Of a DNA stretch of 64,000 nucleotides, positions 1 through 11,757 are shown in pieces (positions within the stretch are counted from its first letter, which is position 1; every line of letters starts with the position of its first letter). The stretch lies in the NCBI RefSeq assembly GCF_006345805.1, contig NC_042998.1:119164001-119228000 (forward strand). The letters run 5' to 3'. The notes beneath the pieces were generated by a model. That model ran no database searches. It had not been told where the DNA came from and saw nothing but the letters and a program-made list of their open reading frames with translations. The DNA is from Octopus sinensis (Eukaryota). The translations under genes and the position numbers were made by a program.

Positions 1-114
1 AAATAACGCCTTGGATAAATATCTTCTACTATAGCTACGATTCGACTGATGCCTGCTGAGTTAAATTTAGTGGGTGAAATTTGTTTGTGTGCAGTAACTT
101 TATTCAACAAATAA

Positions 115-240
115 GGTGAGATAAGATAAATACTAGACTTTAAAATAAATAGTGGCACTGATATGATCAATTAAACAATTGATACCGGTGGCCCAACATG
201 ACTACAGGTCAATAACTGAAACAGCTAAAAGAATACAAAA
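115..240 (+). mobile_element. Degenerate 3' tail of SINE family A
   Basis: Weak match (gataaatactagactttaaaataaa...catgactacaggtcaataactgaaac) to the family A tail seen intact at 9180-9285. Confidence 0.45.
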
Positions 241-356
241 AGAGTGCATATAAACAATTTCTTCCACAGTTTTCAAATACTTCAAGTTCGATTATAAATA
301 TTTTATAGTAGAGTCCCTGAATTAATTAGGATACTAAGTTCAGAACGAAGCTGAAC

Positions 357-605
357 TTAAAATCGTTGTTTTGTCCAAATAATCTTTTTCGGAGATTTAA
401 AGTACTCTAAGTCCTTATCTTTCTTATCGGGATGCTTCAAATCGAAGTGCCTTTTCAAACGTGATGGCTCCATCGCCTCGTTAGAAAAAGTCACCTTGCA
501 AACTAAACACTTTGGTGACAGATGATTTGACGGTGATGAGATGAATCCAAGCCGCAAATACACGATATTGTATCGTCTGGATTTTTTCTTAATCGACGAT
601 GCCAT
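357..605 (-). pseudogene. hAT (Charlie/Buster-like) transposase N-terminal BED zinc-finger relic
   Basis: Translation RRYNIVYLRLGF...PKCLVCKVTFSNEAMEPSRLKRHFDLKHPDKKDKDLEYF fits the C-x2-C...SNEAMKPSRLKRH...KH pattern of Buster-type transposases. Truncated, with no catalytic domain. Confidence 0.8.
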
Positions 606-1744
606 AACTTTTTGGATTAAATCACGCTACTGTTCGCCTATATAAACAGATCAAAAGTTTTATAAACAAACTTACTTTTATGAGTTCCGGTAAGTGTGAT
701 AGTCTCAACGATTTAAATGGAATAACAGTAAAATATATAAAACAAGGACAGCAAGCGGTTGGCAAGAAAAAATCAAACACCGAGTCGCTGATTGAATACA
801 GATTGGGAATGTTTTACGGTCAATAGGCTGTGGAGTAGCAAATGCTAAGCGGGATCAACTGCATTTAAGCAACTAGGCGAACAGTAGCAAAGTGGGAGAT
901 ATTTTCCAGGTCAGTATACTCAGCTAGATGAGATCTTAGTAACTGGGATAGGACCAATTACGTGGAAGTAGATACACCATGAGATTTACGGATCTTATGT
1001 ATACATACATGGCGGAATTATTATATAAGCACGTGCTAAAACCCCTCATAACTTTTTATTTTTACAAATTTTTACAAAATTCTTTCGATTCTGTCTTCTG
1101 CATAATGGAATTGATAATATTATGCAAAAAGATTTTTTAAAATCTAACCATGCCCCCCTCCCATCCCTACAAACACACCCAATATGTTTTTTTTTTCATT
1201 CGTGGACAGTCCGAAACTACCACTCGTTTCTCTTTATAATTTCCAAATAATTATTTTTAAATACTTTAAAATTAAAATTGCGTAAATATGTGTGTCAGAA
1301 ACAGTAGATAAAAATTAAGGAAATAGATTTCTGGGAAATCACTTATTATGAGTGACTTTTATTCCATTATTATAATATCTTCTGGAACTTAAACATATAC
1401 ATGTATAAATGCATACAGACATTCAAATATATACACACACATACATTTTTACAGGGTTAAAAGTAGTACATCCTTGGGGACTACTTAAGAAGAGTAGATC
1501 CGTAGTACCCATCCTTGTACATATATATATATGTATATATATATTTCGGCATATCTTCACAATTGTGCCACAAAGACTTGCTTCTTCATAACCTTGAGAA
1601 AATTAAATATTTCTTTTCCACAAATATGCTTCAGATCGTGTAGATTCCGATTAAATTGGAATTCATTGTGAAAACCGTGTGTCCCTAAAGAAGTTTTAGA
1701 AAATTCACATCATTAGGCTTTCTCGTATTTTTTCGTTTCTTTTT

Positions 1745-2135
1745 TTGTTTCAGTTATTTGACTGCGGCCATGCTGGAGCACCGCCTTTAGTCGAGCAAAT
1801 CGACCCCTGGACTTATTCTTTGTAAGCTTAGTACTTATTATATCGGTATTTTTTGCCGAACCGCTAAGTTACGCAGACGTAAACACACCAGCATCGGTTG
1901 TGAAGCGATGTTGGGGGGACAAACACCGACACACACAAACACATAAACACATATATATATATACACATATATACGACGGGCTTCTTTCAGTTTCCGTCTA
2001 CCAAATCCAGTCACAAGGCTTTGGTCGGCCCGTGCCTATAGTAGAAAACACTTGCCCAAGGTGCCATGCAGTGAGAATGAACCCGGGACCATGTGGTTGG
2101 TAAGCAAGCTACTTACCACACACCCACTCCTGCGC
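1745..2135 (-). mobile_element. tRNA-derived SINE family A, full-length, with internal microsatellite
   Basis: Reverse complement of the GCGCAGGAGTGG..TGTGGTAAG head with box B-like GGTTCA.TCC, an ACCTTGGGCAAGT core-like motif, an internal (CA/TA) tract and a GCAGTCAAATAACTGAAAC tail. Matches copies at 8860 and 52797. Confidence 0.9.
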
Positions 2136-2241
<106 letters not shown>

Positions 2242-2467
2242 GAAATATTAAAATTACTAAGTCTCTCTAAAAGAGAACAACGGCAGCGTTTCCGGAAAAT
2301 AATAGTTATCGCCATACTAATATGGCATTCTTATAAAAATAAGAATAAAGCTGTCCGCTTATTAGCTCCATGAGGCCATCGCCTTAAGTTAGATATTGGA
2401 TACACAAACTGTATCCATATAACCTTCGAACAAGGGAGGTCAGTCGCTCCACACTACTTGACCGGCA

Positions 2468-2509
2468 GCTACAGACGCGTTTCGGGGTATTGCCCCTTTT
2501 CAATGCAGC
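2468..2509 (-). ncRNA. Type I hammerhead ribozyme-like motif, U3-A8 core variant
   Basis: Exact reverse complement of 2709-2750. Confidence 0.65.
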
Positions 2510-2708
2510 GTAGCCAGACCAGTAGGTGTCGCTTCTGACAATCTCTGTTCGAAGGTTTTATTTACCTAGCTTCGGTGGAATACATCCACTTGTTTTCAAT
2601 AATAGAAATATTAAAATTACTAAGTCTCTCTAAAAGAGAACAACGGCAGCGTTTCCGGAAAATAATAGTTATCGCCATACTAATATGGCATTCTACTGGT
2701 CTGGCTAC

Positions 2709-2750
2709 GCTGCATTGAAAAGGGGCAATACCCCGAAACGCGTCTGTAGC
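2709..2750 (+). ncRNA. Type I hammerhead ribozyme-like motif, U3-A8 core variant
   Basis: GCTGCA-TTGAAAA-GGGG CAATA CCCC-GAAA-CGCG-TC-TGTAGC: 6-bp stem I, 4-bp stem II, palindromic stem III, GUC triplet. Confidence 0.7.
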
Positions 2751-2917
2751 TGCCGGTCAAGTAGTGTGGAGCGACTGACCTCCCTTGTTCGAAGGTTATA
2801 TGGATACAGTTTGTGTATCAAATAGCTAACTTAAGGCGATGGCCTCATGGAGCTAATAAGCGGACAGCTTTATTCTTATTTTTATAAGAATGCCATATTA
2901 GTATGGCGATAACTATT

Positions 2918-2994
2918 ATATATATATATATATATATAATATATATATATAATATATATATATAATATGTGTGTGTAAGAGTAAAAGAGTAAAA

Positions 2995-3061
<67 letters not shown>

Positions 3062-3120
3062 CATTTATATATATATATATATGTGTGTGTGTGTGGTGTG
3101 TGTGTGTGTGTGTGTGTGTA
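2918..3120. repeat. (TA)n and (GT)n compound microsatellite
   Basis: Seen directly. Confidence 0.9.
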
Positions 3121-3300
3121 GGAGAGAATTCACAAAAAGAAACAAAAGACGAAGACAGGTGGTGTAGACAACAAACAGATGTATTAGTTTAACGCTCGGG
3201 AAGTGAAGAAGTCTTTAACGTTTCGAGCCTACGCACTTCCACACAAAGGAACACAGAAAGAAAGGTGAGAAAATAAAGAATGTGTAGTGGCTAGCAATCT
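3121..3300 (-). mobile_element. Fragment of PLE pLTR-like family with decayed hammerhead-like motif (3213-3248)
   Basis: Reverse complement is homologous to 7940-8110 (gcgtaggctcgaaacgt.aaagactt...acaccacctgtcttcgtc). Confidence 0.65.
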
Positions 3301-3579
3301 ATAATGGCAAATGCAGGATAGAAGGGTCACACAAGAGAGCTAGGAAGAAGAGGAGCTAATAAAGTAGTGGTGATCCCAAAACGAAGGTGCGCGTGCAATA
3401 TCTTGCATTTATATACCACGTTGAACCTTGTGCAATGGGCTTGCAACAGGTATTCCGTCCTAGACCGATAGCTGCAGCTATCTATCTTACGAGGGTTAGT
3501 TGTTGAAAGGGATGATTTTGTACTATTTATGGACTAGTTAAAGTTTTGGGTGACATTAGGTGATTGGCTTGTATTATTA

Positions 3580-3624
3580 TTATTACTACTGTCGTTGTTG
3601 TTATTGTTGTTGTTATTGTTATTA

Positions 3625-3700
<76 letters not shown>
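3580..3700. repeat. (TTA)n/(TTG)n microsatellite at the 3' end of the R4/Dong element
   Basis: Seen directly. Confidence 0.95.
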
Positions 3701-6700
3701 TTTGTCTTTATCACAAGTTTTATTGGACCCACTGGAGTCTTGCATGTGCAGCGGGCTAACTACCTGCAGCCTACAGCACCAAGCAATCCATTCTTTCAGC
3801 TAATACTTTCCTGGTTATTGTGGCCCTGCCAAAGATACAAACCTTTTGTAACAGTTCTACTGGGTGCTCTATTTCCTTTATAGTTCTCTTGATGTCTTCT
3901 GATACTGTTCCCAAGGACCCAACAATAATTGGCACTATATTCTTCATTTTCCATAGCCGGGCTATTTTGTACCTAAGAGGGTTGTGTCTATCTATTTTTT
4001 CGCTTTCCCTCTTGACTATTCGTGGGTTAAAGGGGCATGCAACATGAACTATATAGCATATATAGTGCACCTTGTAAACCACCAGTAGGTCCGGTATCCC
4101 ATAGGTTTTGCTAGTCTCTGACTCTGCCAGTCTCAGCGGTTTGTGCTCATACCACGTCTTGCCTCTCTCTAGCCCCACTTTTCGGACAGTTTCCTACGAA
4201 GCACTTTCGGTAACTGGTCGTGTTGTCACAACGTGTAGTGGTTTGGGGCAAGTCTAGGGCATTCGTTCGTGATGTGGGTGATGGTTTCATCAACTCTATT
4301 GCAGATGCGGTACAGCAGAGACACTTGCTCATTCCTAAGGTTGACCCTCCAGGTCGTAGCCAAAGCTTGGTCCTGCGCCGCCAGTATAGAACTCTCAGTC
4401 TCTTTTTCAGGGTTCCTTTCATCAGCTATTTCTACCTATTTTTTCCAGCAATTTCTGTTGTGGCTACATGGAATTAATTGTGTAGTCCCATGTTGCGTAA
4501 TTCTTCTTCATGTCCCTTTTGTACTTCTTCCTTTGCTTTCCTTTGCTTTTTTTCTGCTCTCTATATTCCCTCGTTCCTAACTATCACTAACAAGGCTTCC
4601 TTACTCTGGACTATGTATCTCATTAAGCTCTCGATACGTACTCAGTCTTCCAAACTCATCAGTCCCCTTCCTCCATTTGCTCTCTTCATGTATACGTGAT
4701 CAATGTCTGCTCGTGGATGATGTACTCCATGCATCGTTAGGAGCTTTCTTGACTTCCTGTTTATTTCCTTTAGCTCCTCCTCTGTCCACTCCTGGATTCT
4801 AGTATCATACTGAACCACAGCGACTTTGCGCTAGTTTATTGCCGACATTATGTTTCTAGCATTGAGCTTTGAAGTCAATATTTTCTCACTCACCGCAGGC
4901 ACTCTCATTTTGTCTTTTCCTTCATGTCGTGGTGTTTGATTCCATCTGCCTCAAGTATTTTCAAGTATTTATAGCTGGATTGAGGTTGAATTACTTTCAT
5001 CATTTCACCACATGGTATCCATATGCCTTCTGTCCTGGCAAGTTTTCCTCGTCTCATCATCATCGTAGCACATTTTGAGAGTACAAACTCCGTCTGAATA
5101 TCATTGGAGAAAATCCGCATAGACTGGATTAAGCTGTCCAGTTCTGCCTCATATTTTGTGAATAGCTTCAGGTCGTCCATGTGGTTTAGTTTTCCCTTAC
5201 TTCTTCCCAAATCATACCCCAACATTGTTTTCTGTAGTATTTCACTCAAGGGGGTCATTCCCACCACAAATATCAGTAGGGACACATTGTCCCACTGGAA
5301 GATTCCTCTCTTGATTTTCACCTCTCTTAATACTTGCTTCCCTGCTGTCAATTCCGTTCTCCAGCATTTCATGCTATTCCATATGTTTCTCATATTGTCT
5401 GCTACTCCATCCATTTTCATTATTCTTATTATCCAGGATTGTGGTAGCATATCGTATGCTTTGCGATAGTCAAGCTATGCCATGCTCAGGCTTGTAAGTT
5501 TTCTCTTGCAATTCCTGATAATTAGATTATTAATTAAGAGCTGAACCATCGCTCCCCGGCTCCTTTTCGCCACCCTTTCTGTTCAAAGAGTAACTGCCCA
5601 CTTTTTCCCAAGTATCTGCAGAGTTCACCGGCTAAAGCACCTGGCATTAGTTTCCACGTTAGCGAAAGGTATGTTATTGGTCTAAAGTTGGATGCAACAT
5701 TTCCATTTTCAGGATCCTTGACACGTAGCAATATCTTCTCCTTTATTATCCAGCTGGGTACTGCACCTTCCTGCGAACACTCATGTAACTGTTGGGCTAT
5801 CCTTTCAAGGATCCCTCTCAGCTTCTTCATCCAATAACCTTAGACCCTATCCGGTCCTGGGCTCTTTCAATTTGGGAATGTTCTTAAATACTTTTTTATA
5901 ATTTATGTAGTTATCTTTATGTCTTCTTGAATTTCTATATTTCTTAATCTATTCTGGATTTCGTGCAATGACTCCACTTCATCATTATGTTCTACAGGTT
6001 GGTCCCAGATTCCTCTCCAGATCCCTTGCTTTCCTCTGCATCTAGTATCATTGTTACGTGTATTTGCTCATCTAGTTCCTGAAACAGTTTCTTCTGATTT
6101 GCTTCAAACAATCTGTTTTGCCTGAACTATCTTTTTCTGCTGTCATATCTTTCCAGTTTTGCTTTGATTGCTACTACTCTTTGTTTCAATTCTTCCAAAG
6201 TCACATCATAACCTTTATCTCTTATTCCATACGTTCTTTTCAGTTTTATTCTTATGCTTTCGTTCTGCAATTCCCCGCTTCTCAATCTATCAACTTGTCC
6301 TAAATGTCTTTTTAACTTTCTTTGTTTCTCACAAATTCGTCTACGTCAGTATGGTTCTTTACATTCTCTTTGTTCTTTTGTTTTGTATTCAACTCTATCT
6401 GCAGCAACAATAACTGCAGCCCAAATAGTTTCAGTTATATTTCTCGTCTGGAATAGCCCGAGAATTGAATCTATCTTTACGGTTTCAAATTTGATCTTCC
6501 GTCGATCAATGTACCTCAGGTTGGAGGGTACTTGATTCTGGTCTTCTCGAATATATCGGTACAGTGTCCTCGCTATGTCTTGTTAGTCATCATCGTATTC
6601 TTTTGGTATAGATCTTATTACTTCTGCTTCATTTGCTGAGAATGCATTTACATTTCACTTTGCTCTACTTCTTCACTATCGCCTTTCATTTTTCTGCTTT

Positions 6701-7101
6701 CACTGGGCACGTTATCTGTTGGTGAAGTATTATTTCTACTTTCTACTTTCCTTTTTATGTTTTCTATTTGCATGTCTGTTAACCACCCTTTTGCTCTTAC
6801 TGCTCTTGCCAGGTCGGTTAACCATTCCTCACTTGTTTCGAAGAGTCCTCATTCCAACTTGCTTTCAGTTTTGTCGGAATCCCCTTCTACTGGGTTCACT
6901 CCTGATCCAGCATTCAATTACTGTTCGGTTTACCTACTTATCTCACCTTTTTCTCTGCCTCTGGTTTTGTGTACAACCAGGCCTGCGCTTCTCAACCACA
7001 GGGTAACTGCCGGGCGAAAGGCTTTCACTTTTGGTTCCAGCCTTATTAACACCATTATTTGATACATTTGTATTAGACATTTTCACTCAACATTAAGGTA
7101 C
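3700..7101 (-). mobile_element. Near full-length decayed non-LTR retrotransposon, R4/Dong clade (RT + CCHC + restriction-like endonuclease)
   Basis: Frameshifted minus-strand pieces: N-terminal VIECWIRSEP.RRGFRQ...AVRAKGWL; NFRPITYLS; IKRGIFQWDNVSLLIFV; KLNHMDDLKLF (YMDD box); SKCATM; CRICNRVDETITHITNECP knuckle; PDLLVV...VACP RLE; end QKVCIFGRATITRKVL. AATAAA lies just before the TAA tract. Confidence 0.9.
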
Positions 7102-7171
<70 letters not shown>

Positions 7172-7225
7172 GTAGTAGTAGTAGTAGTAGCAACAGCAGC
7201 AGCAGCATTAGTAATAGTAGTGCTA
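7102..7225. repeat. (AGT)n microsatellite at the 5' end of the R4/Dong element
   Basis: Seen directly. Confidence 0.95.
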
Positions 7226-7629
7226 TTAGTATTAACATTCGTTTTAGGCGTACTTCGACCTTCCTCGGAAGCGAGGATATTCGTATCATGGTTTATGCTG
7301 GTTGCAGTGCTAGGGTTACGGGTGTAGTATATGCTATCATGGTCCGTGTTAGTGTTATCACTGCAGTGACCTATGTTATGATTATATACATTTTGACTGC
7401 TCTGCCTATAGACGTTGTTTATGTAGTAGGAATTAAGCTTACGCTTATTAGATGAGGTAACAATCGATTTTATATTGGACGGAAAGAAGTAGGATAATTT
7501 CAGAGTAGATCTGTTGAAGACTGTATGGTATTTACGGTGATGTGGGAAGTCAGAGTCTACTATTGTAAAAAAAGGTTTTCGCTAAGTCCTTAACGCTTAA
7601 AGGGAATATCTATATTTATATCAAGGTAA

Positions 7630-8110
7630 GGACTAGTCGCGTCTTGTCCTTACCTTCTTAACGCGGAGTAGATGAAACAGGGACAACTGAAGAAGAGGAA
7701 TATTCCTTGTGTGTATGTTTTTTCGTTGATTGAAAAAAAGTTCGTTTCCATGTTTTTATTTTTATGTTTTCGTTTCTCATTGTGAGCAACGTTTCTTTGA
7801 TGTCTTGTACCCATTTTTGCATGTATGTATACATATAGATGTAGGTATGTACATAAATGTATGTATATATGCATATAGCTATATATTATGTTATATATAT
7901 ATATATTTATATATGTGTGTGTCAGACGCCATGATAGATCGTTAGCCACTACACACATTTTTTTTCTCTCCTTGTTTTTTCTGTGTACCTTTCTGTAGAA
8001 TAGCGTAGGCTCGAAACGTAAAAGACTTTTTCTATTCCTGAGCGCTATACTAATACAACTGTTTGTTTTGTACACCACCTGTCTTCGTCTTTAATTTATT
8101 TTCGTAAACT
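7630..8110 (+). mobile_element. PLE pLTR-like non-autonomous element with internal microsatellite and decayed hammerhead-like motif (7989-8024)
   Basis: Homologous to 32300-32720 (minus), 52330-52600 and 3121-3300. Contains CTGAAGA-A-GAGGAATATTCCTT and CTTT-CTGTAGA-A-TAGC GTAG GCTC-GAAA-CG-TA-AAAG. Confidence 0.6.
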
Positions 8111-8123
8111 TTCCCTTTATATT

Positions 8124-8168
<45 letters not shown>

Positions 8169-8398
8169 ATATATATATACGTAAATGTAGAACGATGGAA
8201 TGAGTGCTCAACACCGCAAAATGTAGGTGAACGCCTCTCTCCATGTGATCGGCTTGAAAATTTGTTAAGATACGTGGATATTTTCCTGCTCTTCTTAACA
8301 TGAAAACAATGGCATTAATTCACAAATAAAGAATATACATACATACATGCATACATACATATAAACATATATGTGTGTGTGTGTATGTGTGTGTATGT

Positions 8399-8468
<70 letters not shown>

Positions 8469-8702
8469 CCTTCCAGAGTGACAAGTTCAAAGAAGTTATG
8501 TCTATTCATTTTGAAGAAAATTAACAAAGGTAAATATGAGAATTATTAATCATTTAATCCATAATCATTAGTTTCTTGCTTGGGAAATTTAATTATTGCA
8601 GGTTCATGGCAATAAGTAGTTGATGGGTGTGCTCAACGAATGGGTCATAATCCCTCAATAACTAAACATCTCTACGAAGAATTTAATGATTATCGATTAA
8701 AT

Positions 8703-9398
8703 CAGTATGTCTCAACCCGGGTCCATATGGCCCTTAGGGATAACATATAAGGTTTTGTTGTTAAAATTTATGTGCAATAAACTGGTTATATTTCTACAAT
8801 ACAAAAAACTATTTAAACATTTTTATTATGCAATTCCTAATAATATTGAATCATATTGAGGCGCAGGAGTGGCTGCGTGGTAAGTAGTTTGGTAACCAAC
8901 CACATGGTTCCGAGTTCAGTCCCACTGCGTGGCATCTTCGGCAAGTGTCTTCTGCTCTAGCCCCGGGCCGACCAATGCCTTGTGAGTGGATTTGGTAGAC
9001 GGAAACTGAAAGAAGCCTGTCGTATATATGTATATATATATATATGTATATATATATGTATATATATATGTATGTGTGTGTGTGTGTTTGTGTGTCTGTA
9101 TTTGTCCCCCTAGCATTGCTTGATAACCGATGCTGGTGTGTTTACGTCCCCGTCACTTAGCGGTTCGGCAAAAGAGATCGATAGAATAAGTACTGGGCTT
9201 ACAAAGAATAAGTCCCGGGGTTGATTTGCTCGACTAAAGGCGGTGCTCCAGTATGGCCGCAGTCAAATGACTGAAACAAGTAAAATAGTAATATAAATAT
9301 AACAGGGTATTATTTAAACATCGAATGGCTATGGGAGTCCAGTAAAGAAAAATAGGAACCAAAGAGGTCCATAGGCAAAACATGGTCGAGAACCATAA
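8703..9398. mobile_element. hAT (Charlie/Buster-type) MITE interrupted by a SINE
   Basis: Left end CAGTATGTCTCAACC and right end GGTCGAGAACCATAA resemble CAGTGGTTCTCAACC-type TIRs. Flanked by an 8-bp near-duplication, GATTAAAT (8695-8702) / GATGAAAT (9399-9406). Confidence 0.7.
8859..9290 (+). mobile_element. tRNA-derived SINE family A, full-length
   Basis: GCGCAGGAGTGGCTGCGTGGTAAG head, GGTTCCGAGTTCAGTCCC, internal (TA/TG) tract, GCAGTCAAATGACTGAAACAAG tail. Confidence 0.92.
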
Positions 9399-9409
9399 GA
9401 TGAAATGTT

Positions 9410-9410
<1 letters not shown>

Positions 9411-9466
<56 letters not shown>
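9411..9466. repeat. (GATA)n microsatellite
   Basis: Seen directly. Confidence 0.95.
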
Positions 9467-10957
9467 TGATCGATATCTATGTGCACTGCGCGCGCACGCG
9501 CACACACACGCGCACACTCTCACACACACACACACGTACACGTACGCGCGCACACACGCATGCATGCATGTATGTATGTATTATGTACGTATGTATATAT
9601 TTATGTATAAGCATATATGTATCATATTCTTTCTTGGGAAGGGCATACATCCCACTACATACCGGCCAGAATTATATCACTTGTCTTACTTTCGCTTTCT
9701 TGGATAAATTTCTTGAATAGTGATGTACCCACTTTTGTGTAGTACTTCTTTTTCATTCGTCTAAAGTTGATTCATATCTCTATCACGTATTTGTACATTA
9801 CACAAGCATACGATGAGTTGTTATAGCTGTTGTTGTTGTTGATGTTTAGTGGTGTTGGGGTAAGTGGTGGTGCTGCTGGTGCGTTATCTTACTTTTGTGC
9901 TTCTCAGAGTTTTAATGTTTCTGCTTGTATACGTGTGTATTTATTTAATTATCATCTTTTTCTTTTTAGCAAATGTTTTATCAAATGTTTCTATAGATAC
10001 AGAGATTTGTTGAGTACCTATTCAATATTGCCAATATTGTGAGATGCCCAATGAAACCGAAAATTTGCTCATGTATTTCATCGTTTCTGGAAGGGCTCCA
10101 GGTGGTAACCCAGGAACAGTAATCTATCACTGTTGATGGTTTTTGTTCTTGGTTTGTTGTTTTGTTATTTTTACTTTTAAGGGCTGCTACCACATGTGTA
10201 GCATCTCTGATTTATACACTGAACGACTAATTGTAAAGTCTTTTTGATCATTTCCCGTTACAAGCTACAGTTCGAAAATCGTTTTGTAGTCTTGTGGAAG
10301 ATGTCACTCGAAGTTGTAAATACACGAAAATCCCATCCGATGGCACATCTGCAAAATCGATGTCAGCATTGACTACTTGCCCACGTTGTGTTTTAATGAC
10401 TACAAGTCAAGGATCAAAACCGTTATCAATATTTTTTACGGTGACTTCCATCTTTCTTCATCTCAAATACTATGAAACTACGAGTCGGCGTGTATCGCAC
10501 TGACTTTGTCTTCTCGTTTTCTCCTCAGTTTTAAGGCTAAAACATAGCATCATATGCCTTCCCCTGCTCGTGGTCGATTTAAATCCGAGAACCTCCAGTT
10601 ATGCTTTAGAGGACATACAGACAACCTGTGTAGCAGTAGCGATGCGCAGGTGACTTACCTTCTTTCCTTCGCATGCCTATACGATAGCTTCGGATTAAAA
10701 AGCATCCCTTTTCATCACATAATGCTGTCCTGCAGTTTTTCTTTCGTGTAATCATCCAAAGATCGCCTGTTTGAAAAAAAGTAAATTGTTCTCCACTTAT
10801 ATATCTATCGTTAAGAAATACAGACTTATTTTCATTTGACAAACTTTGTGGGTGGAAGAGAGAGAGAGAATGTGCATCTCGTTTTACTTGTTATTTATTT
10901 TTTCATGTGTAATACCATTACTATCCTCCACAAATATGACAATATTTTCCCTTTCCA

Positions 10958-11178
10958 AGGCGGCGAGCGGGCAGAAACTTTAGCACGCCGGGCGAAATGC
11001 ATGGCAGTATTTCATTTGTCTTTAGATTCTGAGTTCAAATTCCGCCGAATCGACTTTGCCTTTCACCCCTTCGGGTTTGAAAAGTTAAGTACCAGTTGCG
11101 CAATGGGTTCGATCTAATCGACTGGCCCCCTCCACGCCAAAAAATCCGAGCCTTGTGCCTAGAGTAGAAAAGAATGTT
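10958..11178 (+). mobile_element. SINE family B
   Basis: GGCGGCGAGC.GGCAGAA...TTCTGAGTTCAAATTCCGCCG...TTAAGTACCAG. Matches 18222, 35697 and 50506. Confidence 0.85.
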
Positions 11179-11484
11179 TTCCCTTTCCAAAGAGCATGCA
11201 AATTCTTTCTTTGGATGTTTAAATTCAGGTGCAACCTGTTCACCTTGAGTATGTTTGTCTTGGTGGACGTTCCCTTCCGCTACTTTATGCTTCTATGTAA
11301 ACAAGATAGGAAAAAAAGATGAGTAAACAGCATACTTTTTTCGCCTCGACTCATCTAAGCAGACTCACCAATGTTTAAATAATTACTGCATGAATATAAT
11401 CCAAATTATCATTCGTTCAAGCAAATTAAACCTGCTATAATCCAGCAGCGAAGAACGATATCAAAAACACTTCGGAAGATGCCA

Positions 11485-11726
11485 ACAGCGAACAGCAACA
11501 AAGGCAACAACAAAAACAACAACAAAAACAGCAAAATAGAAGAAGAAGAAGAAGAAGAAGAAGAAGAAGAAGAAGAAGAAGAAGACGAAGAAGAAGAAGT
11601 AGAAGAAGAAGAAGAAGAAGAAGGAGAAAAAAGAAGGGGAGGGGAGGAGAAGGAGGAGAAGAAGAAGAAAAAAAGAAGAAGGAGGAGGAGAAGGATGGGG
11701 GAGGAGGAGGAGGAGGAGAAGAAGAA

Positions 11727-11757
<31 letters not shown>
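11485..11757. repeat. (AAC)/(GAA)/(GAG) polypurine microsatellite block
   Basis: Seen directly. Confidence 0.9.
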
